From the human T2T-CHM13v2.0 reference genome, Homo sapiens, in the NCBI RefSeq assembly GCF_009914755.1, contig NC_060928.1: 64,000 nucleotides of DNA; one strand, written 5' to 3'. Both the position numbers and the translations under genes were made by a program. The notes beneath the pieces were generated by a model. It had not been told where the DNA came from. It saw nothing but the letters and a program-made list of their open reading frames with translations, and did no database searches. Below are positions 38,766-52,692 of this stretch, one piece after another (positions within the stretch are counted from its first letter, which is position 1; each line of letters begins with the position of its first letter).

Positions 38766-39105
38766 ATTGAATGACTGAGTTTACATGATATTTTATAGTA
38801 CATATATAGTAGGTGGTAGAGTTGGAATTTCAAACAGTTTTGTCTCACTTGAGATCTTTTATTATTATCATTGTACCAAAACTATATCTGTGCTAAGTTT
38901 AGAGAAGAGGTCATTGTTATCACACTCTCATAACTTATGTTTTAGGCTTTATTTCAAAGATTATTTTGATATTTGTATTTAGTTGTAAAACATATTGAGA
39001 ATTAACTGAGCTACATTGCTCACTATCAATTTATTATTTTTTTTTTTGCAGTGACCCCACCATTCTTAAAGTGTAAATTTCAATCCAACTCTCAGCCACC
39101 TAGGA

Positions 39106-39128
39106 TGTGTGTGTGTGTGTGTGTGTGT
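39106..39128 (+). repeat. (TG)n microsatellite
   Basis: Seen directly. Confidence 0.9.
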
Positions 39129-40859
39129 CTACACATATATATATACATAATTGCTTTATATACCTGCTTTTTAAAATAATAATTAAGACATGTATGGTAA
39201 AATTTCTGAGTCATTAAACATCTGAGTCTGTATTTACATTCTATGAAAACTATTTAGTTACACAAAATTCTCTGACTCAAATTTATTTCCCTTAAAAGTC
39301 TGTTATGATTTTGATAACATAGAAAGACTTCTCTAATTTTATTATATGTTTATTTAGCAGCTGTTCTTTTGAGAGCTTAGTGATTATATAATTTGTTATT
39401 TATTATTTATTTTGTAAGTTTTCTTCATAGGACAGTTCTGATTGCATCCACCCTTCCATTTATTTTTTCTGTAACATGCTGACCTTCTTTAGCTATTTTC
39501 TCCATTTTCTTTTTAGCACTATCAATATACGTTTCCCATTTACACTTGTATTGTTTATTCAAATCTTCTGTTTGTAACCCTGCTATCATTTTGTCTTTAC
39601 ATATAATCTTGAGCTTTCACTATCCTTATGATTTTCTGCTTTTATTTAAAACAAAGATTAAGTCATTTTCTTTTTGATTCCTACTGTTGATCATTTCCAG
39701 AGTTATGTTTTTCCCATTGAGTCCATCGTGCCTTCAGAATGACTTGCTGATCTCATTTCTGCAGCATTTTTTCCCGTAAACCACATGCTTGGAAGCAATC
39801 TACCCAGAATCAGTGTTTCAACTGAAAGGGAATGTGGACTTTCCTTGGCTTCATTACCTATCTGCTTGAGTGATGTTTTAATTCACTTCTTAGATTTAAA
39901 GTTTGATATATACAATTCTCAGTACAATCCTCATTAACCAGTCACCATTTATCAAGCACTGCCTGATTTTACTGACATTCCTGGGATCTTTGCATCTTCA
40001 CCATATTTGGATCTTTGTCAGAGAGAAGTGATGGATTTTATGTGGATTTTAAAACCCCGAGTTTTATGGATATTTATTTATTTTTTTCTCTTTAAAGCTT
40101 GCTTCCAACATTTCACTTAGGTGGAAGGAATGTGAAATATCAAATGGAAAGGACTGTGCCCTTGACTACCCCTTGCTCTTGTTTATTGCACTATTGGTTT
40201 ATGAAGTTTGATCTTCAAAAGTTTCTTAATATAGCACAGCTGACATGTTATATTTACTTCAGATGCAACACCTATGAATTAAGGAGATGTTTTGTGCTTT
40301 TTCTGGTTGATTACACCCAAGATTTGAGAGCCTAGAAACAGAGTATGTATGAAGTGAAGATGGGGATGTGGATAGAAAATATCTTTACCTCTTTTATCTC
40401 CTTTCAGGTGTGTGGTGTTTCATATGTCTTTATCAAGATAGAAACTAGCATTTAATCTTTACTGACATCTCATGAGATTTATGGGCACTGAAATTACTCT
40501 TAGATCCTGACAAAGATGCATGACCAATATGATTGCCAAGTCTCAATCATGATCTGATTTGAGCTTTCCGCAGCATTTGTCACAGTGGGTTAACCACTTA
40601 CCTCTAGAGGGTTTTTTTTTTTTAAGCTAAGATTCCAGACATCTGTTTTTCAGTTTTTCTGCCTTATTTGTTGTTCCTTCTCAGTGTGTTTTGCTGGTTT
40701 ACCCTCATACTCATGACTTCTTAATTTTGGATTTCACCAGGATTAGTTCACATGCCATTCCTCTTCTCTCTGTACCTTAAATCTTAATGTGACTTTATCC
40801 TGTCTAATGACTTTAATAGTATTCATACACTTACAACTCCCTATGTATAGCTCTAGTCC

Positions 40860-41095
40860 TATTTTCTACCCTAAACTCTTTATATATATATATGTTTCAT
40901 ATATGTACACACATATTTTCTACCCTAAATTCTTACATTTTATATATATATATGTTGCATATATATATGTGGCATATACATATGTTGCATATTTGTATAC
41001 ATACGCACTACATATTTTCTACTCGGAACTTACATTTTTTATATATATATATATGTTGCATATATATATACACACATACGTTTCTACACAAAAGC
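40860..41095 (+). repeat. AT-rich minisatellite-like tandem repeat (3-4 variable units)
   Basis: Units anchored on tattttctaccctaaa / tattttctactcggaa followed by (TA)n tgttgcata. Confidence 0.75.
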
Positions 41096-41729
41096 TTTAA
41101 ATAACATTGCATTGAATGCTTTTAACTTTATTTTGCTTCGGCATCCATTTTGAGTGCGGGTTTAGCTTTCTCACCACTGCCTTTAATAGGACCATTCAGG
41201 CATTTGTCCACAAATTTAAAGTGACTCACGCTGTACTTCACAGCATATGCTGAGAGTGGCCTCTTCTCTCTCTCTCTGAGAAGCAAGGCTCTATGAACTC
41301 CGCATTTGTGGCCTCCAGGAATGCTATGCACCCTCCATGGTCTGTATGTACTAACAACTCTTAAACATTCACCCTATGGTAGTGCCATTGAAGCCTTGTC
41401 TCCAGTTTGACTCCAGTTGGTGAGGCTACCATAAGGGCACCCAGGCAGGTGGATGCCTCGCTGGTGCTTCCTTGAGCTTCTAGTGGCTGCTGAAGGAAGT
41501 AGCTACCAGCTAAGCTGAAAAGACTTGACGAGTTTAATTCAAAAGAGACATCTGGTAGTTATTTCCAATGTAAAATAATTTTGTCCTGATTTTTTTCATG
41601 GAGTTGCTCTATTTGAATTAAGCCAATTGCATATTTTGGTTCATCCTTATCCCTTTTTATAAAGTGACACCACCATCCAATAAGTTAACAAACATTGACA
41701 GTTTTACCTTCAAGATATATCCAGAATTT

Positions 41730-42240
41730 AAAGAAAATGTGACAGTATACACAATAGAATGCTATTCAGCCATAAAAAAATGTAATGCTGTCATTCACAG
41801 CAACATGGATGAGCCTGAAGGAGATTATGTTACAGAAAGACAAATACCATATGTTCTCACTTAAATGCAGAAGCTAAAAATGCTGATCCCATAGAGAAGT
41901 AGAGAATAGAATAGTGGTTACTAGAGACTAGGAAAGGTAGTGGGGAGAAATAGGGAGAAACTGGTTAAAGAATACAAAACTACAGGTAAGTAGGAGGTAT
42001 TAGTTCCAGCATTATATAGCACTGTAGGGTGACTATAGTTAACAATAATTTATTATAAATTGTCAAGTAGCTAGAAGGGAGAACTTTGAATGTTTCTGTT
42101 ACAAGAACTGATAAATATTTGAGGTAATGGATATGCTAATTACTCTGATTTGATCACTATACATTGTATGTATCAAACATTACTATGTATCCTATAAATA
42201 TGTATAATTATTATATATCAATTAAAAATAAATTAATAAG
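41730..42240 (+). mobile_element. L1MA4/5-like 3' end
   Basis: aaagaaaatgtg..atacacaatagaatgctattcagccataaaaaa...gagaatagaatagtggttactagag; TSD aagatatatccagaat / aagatacattcagaat. Confidence 0.88.
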
Positions 42241-42469
42241 AGAAGATACATTCAGAATCCACAATTTTCATTGTCTTTAACATTATTACTCTATGCCAAG
42301 CCTTTCACTTGAATTAATGTAATAACTTCCTAACTAGTCATCCTTATCCTTATGGAAATAATTCTCCATCCAGTAGCATGAGTGTTTTATTTTTTTAATG
42401 TAAGCCATAATATATCCCTTCTCTGACAAAACTCTTCAGTTATTTTCCATCTCATTCAGTATATTATAA

Positions 42470-43495
<1,026 letters not shown>

Positions 43496-43770
43496 CATAA
43501 GTGATGAAGATGTTATTGTCTAGGGAACTACTAATTTATAATATGGTAGCACAATTGGTTTGATAGGAAAAAGGAAATGAAAATGGTAGTAGAAAGGTCA
43601 AAAAGGGTCTTCAAGAGGCAATTTAATATATTAAAAATGTAATAAACTTTACATGAATAAAATAGTTCAACACAGAGCAAGGGGCACTTCAAAATTACTG
43701 GCTAAAAGAGAAATGTGAAAAGGAAAGTCTAAACAAAAGAAATAGATGGCATGGACAGATTTTTCTATCC

Positions 43771-44560
43771 TATAATGAACAAGTTGGTTAATGATTCTCC
43801 CTGGTTCTTGGGAAGAAAGCCTCTAAATCTTTGGGGTTTTAAAATTATTAGTACTGTCTTTGTTAGTCATAATGTGACCTAATAGTTTATGCTAATAAAG
43901 TGGCTCCTGGTGGGCCCGTAGGTAGTTTATGCTAATGAGATTCAGGATTGGGGCTGACCATGTCAGAAAGACAAACCAAATGATTAGACAGTTGGGGCTT
44001 TCAGACATGAAATTATCAGCCTAAACTCCCGGGAGTGAAGAAGGCTGGAGACTGAGTTAAATCTTGTGGCCAATAACTCATTCAGTCATGCCTACATGAT
44101 GAAACCCCACAAAATCTCTGGACACTGAAACTTGGGTGAGGTTTGCTGGAAATAATATTTTGTGGGTATTGGCACATGTCACCTTTCTGGCATACTGATG
44201 CGCAAGAAAGGTGACATGTTCTTGAAGACATAGGAGTTTCACATTTGGGACCCTCCTAGACCTCTCCCTCTCTGCCTCTTCTTTTGACTTGTTCTAATTT
44301 GTAACCTTTTGTTATAATGAAACTGCATTCATAAGTATAATACTTTCAGTGACCTCTGTGAGTCTTTCTAGCAAATAATTAAACTAAAACCGGTAGTGGG
44401 AGCCCTGAAATTTGTAGCCAGAAGATTAGAAGGGTGAGTACCCCAGAATCCCTGAGCATGCAGCTATTGTCTGAAGTGACAGCAGTCTTGAAGAAAAATG
44501 TGCCCTTAACTTGTGAAGTTTGGCCTAACTCCAAGTAGGCAGCATCCAAAGTCATTGCAT
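43771..44560 (+). mobile_element. MER21/MER77-like LTR
   Basis: ccctggttcttgggaag..cctctaaatc; repeated agtttatgctaat; ggagactgagtt; cagtcatgcctac..atgaaacccc; ctgtgagtctttctagcaaat. Confidence 0.7.
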
Positions 44561-45332
44561 TTCTAAAAGTGCTTTGGTTGATGCTACTTTGGTCAATGCT
44601 ATTAAAATAAATCCTGAGGTTATTTTTTTCCATGCTATCTACAAGTCCAGAAGGATCTTTTAGTAATTAGATTTTTAAAATTTATTTTACATTACAGTGT
44701 GGTGCTTTTTATATTTTTAAGGAAATGTATATGACTTTAAAATGCTGATTGTCAATAGAACAATCAATGAATAAATTGCATTTGTTGCATTGCTGCAATT
44801 ATTATATTTTGTAATTTATATAACATGTAATTTTTCTGTGTTCAAGTAAGCCAGGGTTTTTAATGGTGGCAAGTGGACAATAGACAAAGCAGTCTTCATT
44901 TGATTTTCAAGACTTGTTTATGTAAAATAAATTGCATTATAAGACATATGAGCTATTGATTTCATTTTTATCTATTTATTTTGCATGATATATTATATTA
45001 TATTATATCCTTTTTAAAAATCAATATGGTATTTTTTGGAAGAGGACATTTTAGTCTGGTACCCTCATCATCAGAATTTGGAAGTAAGAGAATGTTCTAA
45101 AACTTGTTGTTGCTGCAAACTAATAGTAATTGGGGTTAGAGGAATCCACTGATTGATTCAAAGTAGAATTTGAACCTTTGCTATGATCTGGTAAGACCAA
45201 AAGCTTTTTGCATTAAAAGCACAATCATAGGAAGCATTACTTTCCAGAAATGCCAAGATTTATATCACAGCATAATTTCTAATGGATTCGTGGCTGAGAA
45301 CTGTAGAAAATAGGTAGATGATAAATAAAGTA

Positions 45333-45679
45333 CATTCAGTCCTCCAAATTTGTGGATTCCACATCTGTGGATTCAACCAACTTCAGATTAAAATATTTGC
45401 GGAAAAAAAGGATGATTGCATCTGTACTGAACAAATATAGACATTTTTTCTTGTCATTATCTCCTAAACATTATAGTATAACAACTATTTACATAACAAT
45501 TACATTGTATTAGGTATTATAAGTCATCTTGAGAATCTAGAGTTGATTTAAAGTGTACTAGAGGATGTGCTAGGTAATGTGCAAATACTCTGCTACTTTA
45601 TACAAGGGCATCCTCCATTTTATGCAAGAACTTCTGTGAATTTTGGTATTCATGGGGGGTCCTGGAACCAATCCAGCAT
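45333..45679 (-). mobile_element. MER2 (Tigger-family) DNA transposon
   Basis: ggattccacatctgtggattcaaccaac...ggggggtcctggaaccaatcc.gcatggataccgagg.atgact. Confidence 0.88.
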
Positions 45680-47311
45680 GGATACCGAGGAATGACTATG
45701 AAAAAAATAAACAGGGGAAAAACAGTGTTTGCTTAAACTATGTAAGACGGGGCGCAAGGAGTTCTGCATGTGTATCTCTCTAAGTCTAAGAGAAGTATCA
45801 CCAAAAAAAGCCATGCATTGTTCTGTACTTTACCAGCAGTTAGTGAAGCAGCTTTGGAACCACTACTAATTCCAGGCATTTCTGGGAGCGTAAAAAGGAA
45901 CAATGGCTGCAGAGAGGCCAGAGTATTCAGGGGAGCAGTGGCATCACCTGTTAAGAGTCCACACTTCCTACAGAAGCATAGTAGTGCCTGACAATATGGG
46001 GGAATGCTGAGAAGGATGGAAATACTTCAAAGGGACCCACTTTGGCCAGATAGAACACTGTAGTGCCTGCCGAAGATCGCGAAACTACCAAGGAACTGGA
46101 AGAATAGCACCAAGCAGAATGAACACCCTTATAAAAGACAAATGGGACAGCTCCTGGGGCCTCCAAAATTTTTTTGAGCAAGAATAATAAAAGAATATTT
46201 GGGCAAAAATATATTTGATTCTAAAGGCCTCCATGATAAGGTGTAAGTAAATGCCCATGGTTTTGTGATAAAAAATTGCTAATGAAACTGCAAGCAGTTG
46301 AGATCTAGGCAAATTCAGGATATGTGTAAGTAACTTTTTTTAAATAATATTTTTTGCAACTAGATAATAAAATTATAATTGTAAAAGAATGGATGACTTG
46401 TTATCAAAATATATTTTGGTAGTCCAATAGCTATCTGAATAGCTGTTATTGCTGACTCATTAATGCTGAAATAAATTTTAAAAAGCATAACTGGAAGTAT
46501 TTTAAAAGTTACATTATGGAGATGAAGCAAAAACGTAGCCATTATTTTAAAATCTTAACATTGCCCAGGAAAAGTGATGAATAATTTATATGGAATAAAT
46601 CCAACAATTTTCAGTAATGTATATAAAGCACAATTTTATAGTGCCTCTTCTTCAAAAGTAATATATTTTCTTTGCTCATTCAAAAACAGATGTTTTTGAG
46701 ATATAATACTGAAAACTGTTGTCAAGTAACTTGTCTTTGATATACGTAGTCTTCAGGTTGTGAATGAATTGTGTACCAGGAGTTCTTGGTTAGTCAATTT
46801 ATTCAATTTAAAGTCTGAAATGCATGCTCCTGTAGAATCAATGTTATAAGAAGTATCTAGGTCCTCAGTGCAGACCAATCACTTCTGCCTGATTTTCACA
46901 ATCTCTGAGAGGAGTTAACAACGAATTGCTGGTAGCAGAAGAGTGGTAAGATTAAGGGGAGGAAAAAAAATGAGACCAAACACCATCATATTACTTTCTT
47001 TTATTAACTCCATGGGCCAACATATTGATGATTGCTAATGAGATATCACATTCCTTTATTCTTTAGATTTAATATCCTTATTCCAGCCTCTCACATCCTC
47101 TAAAATCCAGAATCACTTGATCCCTGTTTCAAGTTTCAGATACCTGTGGTTACAATACTCTGAAAACCTACCTTACTACTTCCTGATAAGTGTGGAGGAA
47201 ACAAAGGGAGAAAAATTCTCAATCTTGCTTTCAAAGTTTAAGTGAAGTGTAGAAGTGAGAGTATATATTTATATCTGCCATTCCAAGATGGAACTTAGTA
47301 GTTAGTAGGCA

Positions 47312-48000
47312 ATGTATTTATTCAACAAAAGTGTATTGAATAAACTTTTCTTGAATTAGTATGGAATATTTTGTTGAATAAATGTGGAAAGTGCTGAGAA
47401 TACAATGTCGAACCTAGCCTTTAAGCACACAGAACTGAGAGGTAAACCATAATACAAAAATAAAATAAAATAAAATTAATAAAGCCACAGAGCTACGGTA
47501 GCATAAGTGGGCACTGCAGAGAAGGCTTGCTTGTATGTTTGACAATTGACTGAGACCTGTACAATAAATAGAAGGTAATTACAGGTGGAGAGTGAGGGAA
47601 ATCATTGTAAATAGAAGAGCTATCAGAGTAAAAAATTATAGAGAGCACCAGGTGCTGAAAGCACGAAAGACTAAGCACTGTGCAGAGCCCATGGAATGAT
47701 TTGAGTGTGAATGAATGTGGTAGGAGGGGAGGAAGACTGACATAATTGCATTTACATTTCAAAAATGGCATCCGGCTACTAATGAGTGGATGCAGATAAG
47801 AATGGGGGCAGAAAGGCAAGGTATTGAGGAGATAATGGTAGCTTGGATTAGGATGATGGTGTGAGGGATTGAGGTGGGTGAATTCTAGAGGTTTTAAAAG
47901 ATTTATGATTAAGTCTTGCAATGGATCAAATAAAGGTATTGAGAAAGAAAGCTGTACCAACTCAGCATCAAATCTAAAACCTCCATGAACAGGCTGTGAC
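47312..48000 (-). mobile_element. L2 fragment
   Basis: atttattcaacaaa tail; agtgctgagaatacaatg; gagataatggtagcttggattagg. Confidence 0.65.
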
Positions 48001-48980
48001 AATTGCATAGACAAATTTATATATGTGAGAAAACCCTCTTGAATTTTTTATGACTTACATGTGACACAGACCTGATCCATATGACACCATTTGCTGAAGA
48101 GAAAAGCAAAGACTTTTCTGAAAATGAGAACCAGAGTGTTAGCCAATTATTCACAAACCATAGGGTGCAGAATATACAGCCAAAGTCTGGGACAGTGAAG
48201 GAAGACAGTTGAAATACCAGGAAATGCCCTACAATACAGGGCAAACTAAGGTCAAGAATGTAGAAAGACACTGGTAAACTAGCCATTGTCAAGTATGCTT
48301 AGTGTCCCCAACTGTGACTCAGATATAATTAATCTGGAGGCATGTAGCACCCAGATTCTATATCCTGGTGGATCATCTTTATGTTTCTCAACTCCATTAT
48401 GCTTCGAAGTATTAAAATAGAAACTTCAATATCTCAAACTGAGATAGTTTGCTGCTTATTTACTTTAGAAAATGAATTTAATTATCTTGAGAAATGTTTG
48501 TAATTAAATATAGAGGTGGAGAAGTGAATCAAATAAATAGAATTAGTACTCAATAAATTTAAAAATAATTTGTGTGGATTAAAATGTGTGTGGTGTTTTT
48601 AAAAATATAACATTAGGAAATCTCATAACTAAGTCTAATACATTTATTTTGAAATTCACAACTGATACTCTTGGAATTTAAATCTATAATATTTGACAAA
48701 ATATGTTTGGGTTTTAAAATAGTACTGTCATGTAAAAGAGAATGAAGGGTTCACTCTATTTCATTCTTTATCTTATTTTCAAGCATTTGATATTTCTGCC
48801 TATGATTGTTAAGCTTCTAAGCAACCTCCAGCAGTCTCACAAGTCCTCAAGCAAGAAGGCACAGAATTTTGAGGTGGAAAGCAAGCACCATTCACAGGAA
48901 CTCTCTGAAGCTTCAGTTGAATCCAGAACAGACAGAAAATATAGTCCAGGTAACAGGCCTAAGTTGTGACAATGCCTTGC

Positions 48981-49376
48981 TGTGTTAGGCCCTTCTTGCA
49001 CTGCTATAAAGAAATAGCCAAAGCTGGGTAATTTATAAAGAAAAGATGCTTAATTGCCTCAGCGTTCTGCAGGCTGCACAGGAAGCATAGCATCATCTGT
49101 TCCTGGGGAGGCCTCAGGAAGCTTAAATGATAGCAGAAGATGAAGTAAGAACAGGGACATCTCATCGCGAAAGCAGGAGCAAGATGAGTGTAGGGAGAGA
49201 TGCCACACACTTTACAATGAACAGATCTCACAAGAACTCACTATCACAAAGACAGTGCCAAGCCATGAGGCATCTGCCACCATGATCCAAACACCTCCTA
49301 CCAGGCCCCACGCCCAGCACTGGGGACTACAGTTCATCATGAGATCTGAGTGGCATCAAATATCCAAACTATACCA
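48981..49376 (-). mobile_element. MSTB-like solo LTR
   Basis: tgtgttaggcc.ttcttgcactgctataaagaaata...atatccaaactatacca; perfect 5-bp TSD cttgc. Confidence 0.92.
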
Positions 49377-49638
49377 CTTGCCCGACTCAGTTTTACTGTT
49401 TTCCCACGTTAAGTGGGGTTTCTGGAGAAACCCCAAATGAACAGCTACTTGCTACTAGGATCTTTGAAAATTCTACTGTGTCAACTGGTGGAATAATTTC
49501 ACACTCAGAACCAAGATATTGGTCCAATTGAACTAAACGTTGTGGCTGGAAACAACAAATTTCTCCAAAGTATCTTTGAGAATAATAACAAGCTAAGCCA
49601 ATTTTACTTCCACCCTTTGGTTCATGGACTCATATTCT

Positions 49639-50191
49639 CTTATTTTTAAAATTGCTTTCTTTTTTTCTAATTTTAGATTCAGGAGGTATACATGCAGGTT
49701 TGTTACACAAGAATATAACAGGATGCTGAGGTTTGGGCTTCTAATAACCCTGTTGCCCAATAGTAAGCATAATACCCTCCTTCTCCTTTTGCAATCCCCT
49801 GCATCTATTGTTCCCATTTTATATTCATGCATACTCAATTTTCAGCTCCTACTTACAAGTGAGAACATGCAATACTTGTTTTTCTTTTCCTGCATTAATT
49901 CACTTAGAATAATGGTCTCCAGCTGCATCCACATTGCTGCAAAGGACATGATCTCATTCTTTCCTATGGCTGCATGGTATTCCATGGTGTATAATTACAT
50001 TTTCTTTATCCAATCCATGGCTGATGGGCACCTGGGTTGAGTCCTTGTCTTTGCTGTTGTGACTAGTTCTGCGATAGACATGTGAGTGCATGTGTCTTTT
50101 TGGTAGAATTAGTTATTTTCCTTTGGGTATATACTCAATAATGGGACTGCTGGATCAAATGATAGCTCCATTTTTAGTTCTTTGAGAAATC
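49639..50191 (-). mobile_element. L1PA16/L1PB-like 3' end
   Basis: ttttagattcaggaggtatacatgcaggtttgttac; perfect 17-bp TSD tcatggactcatattct (49622-49638, 50192-50208). Confidence 0.92.
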
Positions 50192-52319
50192 TCATGGACT
50201 CATATTCTACATTTTTGGAACATAGCATCTTGTAATGGCTATTAGTTCAATGTATGTATGTCATCTGGGAGTATACAACAACCTCCTATAGGGTGTTATC
50301 CCAGTGTTGTTGTCATATTTACATGTCTAAGAGGCCACTCCAGTATTCTCTAAGGTCTGTAACTTCTGAGTAACATGGTATATAATAGGGCGAATGTGTC
50401 TCTAATGTGGCTTCAACACTGGTTCCTGCTGATGACAAGTCAGACATTCAATAGCTGAGTTAATATGGGACACAAAGACCTGCTTCCTTTGAACCCACTA
50501 GCAGAGATCCATCCATAAATGCATCTTTCAGAATTTCTTGAGTTTTTTCTTCTACCCTTGCACCTTCCAAGACTGTAATTATCTTTCCAAGCCATTTGTG
50601 GCTGCCCCGAAGGCCTTATACACCATTGCATTAACAACTTTTTCCTCCACTCAAAGTGAATGCTCCAGGATATGGCTCCAAATTAGCTGATGAAAATATT
50701 TCTATTTACTACTATTTTTCAGGACCACCTGTAATGCAGATTGGAATGTATCAGAATTATTTTTTGTTCAAACCAACCTATCTAGCTAATTTGTTCTTTA
50801 TTTAGATCTAAGATTCTCCCTTTACATTAGCTACTCATAAGGATCAATCTTTAACCTAACCATTTTAGTTTCTTTTTGAGGGAAAACTGGGCTAATATTT
50901 ATTTTAAACACTTGTTGTGGCATTGAAGGGTTCTTTATCAAGGGACCTGAAGTCCTTTTCAATCATTGAGCTCTCGGTCTGAGAATCAATTAGTTCTGGA
51001 AACTGTCTGAGACAATATGAATTAGCATTACAGCAGCTGACCTCAATATTTTGCTCACTAACTCCGACTTTTTGGTTTTATAAATCAAGTGACGTCTTCA
51101 TGAGTTGCCTACTGTGGGTTCCCACTGTATCCTAGGAACACCATGGTTTATTAACCATTTTTCTAGATCGTTGCAGGTGAGTAAACCCAATTTTGCCGAT
51201 CTTTCAGAATGGCATCCTCCCACTAACTCTAGTAGGCCCATTTCTGCAGCAGACCTGGCCTCTATAGTTGTATAAGTGGCCCAATGGAAGACTTAAAATT
51301 ATTTTAAAAATTGTTCATATTATACTTTGTCCCCTTCCTCAACATACATGAACTTTTAGAAGGAAGACAAGTGTCCAATATGGTTGTTTTTCATCTGGCC
51401 ATAGAACATATAGCCTTACCTGAGAGCCTTCTTGATGCCCTTCATAACCAGTTGCTGTAGCACAACCACAGATTTCAGTGCAGAGGTGTCCTCAACTATA
51501 GTTTCTGAGCAAACTGAAGTAAAAGCATATACTGAAAGACATATGACATTGGAATTGTCTAAAATTTCTCAATATATTGCTTGGAAATTAAAATAGAAGC
51601 CCCCCTCCATCAAAATTTTAATGGCCTTGAATATTTTAAATTTTAAACAATGACTGCAACTTCTACTGGACTTTTGTAAGTTCAAAAATTGAACATCAGG
51701 TTCAATTTAGTTAGTTTTTCCCAATATAATCAATTATAAATTGAGCATTTTATGGTCTCTATCCCATCCTTGGAGCACATACAAAATTATTTCATTACTA
51801 AATTGAAATAATGTATCTATGATTGATTACAAGATCTCCACAAAAGGAAGCAAGAACCCTGATTAGACAATCTTCTGCCTAGTGAAGAGATTCCAATTGC
51901 TGTTTTTGAATCACCCCATACACACACTGGAAAACTGGTTGTGGTGTTAATTGGTCTCAAACTCTAGAGAGCTATATGATTTCCAACATAGTCCTCTCAT
52001 TATATAATGATACAATTGTGGCTGAGAATCAGCAGAAAGTAAGGATACCTTATCTGCTGTCACAATTGTCAACAATCAGAATAAATTATAGGATATATGT
52101 TATATGTTGGGAGTGGAGAAAACAGGCAAACAAAAGGAATTACACAATAGAAAGTAATAATTTTCTACATACTAAGATGTAGACAAAGTGATGGTAGATT
52201 AAGTCCTTAAAATGGCCTATTAAAAAACAACAACAAAGTGATGAGAGAGCTCTAGAGAACATGGGAATACCTTGGTTGGTAAATTGGGAACCGTGAGGCA
52301 GAAAGTATTTCCTCTGACA

Positions 52320-52692
52320 CAAGTTAGCTGTAAATTATGTTTGTAAAAATCAAACAGACAGGCAAACATCTTAGTGGCCAATAACAATAAAAGCTCATTT
52401 CTCACTTATACTGCATGCTCATCTTTAGTACTGTGAGCATAAGAGGAACCAAATCCTCACAGTTATCCTCTCTTGAGGGCCCACGCCAATATCATGTCTC
52501 TTTCTAGAGAGCTGCAGTCTGTAAGAGCATAGAGAAGAAGAGAATGCCCAATTTCTTCCAGGAATTGATTGTTACATTTCATCCGCCAAAGACAGTAATA
52601 TGACCAAGCCTGGTTCCAGCAGGGGAAGGGAAATAAAAACCTTCCTTAGAGAAGGGAAGTAGGTTTTATTAACAGCATACCGTCTACTACAG
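52320..52692 (-). mobile_element. Old MLT1 (K/L-like) LTR
   Basis: atcttagtggccaataacaataaaagctcatttctcactta; gtaatatgaccaagcctgg; tctactaca end. Confidence 0.5.

Larger units (their letters stand above)
48740..51500 (-). mobile_element. Degraded ERVL-class internal (pol) sequence interrupted by MST and L1
   Basis: Antisense ERVL-like motifs (ccctttggttcatggactcatattct; gcagagatccatccataaatgc; ttccaagccatttgtggctg); boundaries approximate. Confidence 0.45.

Noticed and set aside
41128-41331. KRPLSAY in this ORF resembles the HMG-box motif PKRPxSAY
   Set aside because: The following residues do not fit an HMG box, and the preceding REREK comes from a (GA)n repeat
47493-48014. 173-aa minus-strand ORF
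   Set aside because: Lies within a degraded L2, has biased Leu/Pro/His/Ser composition and no recognisable domain
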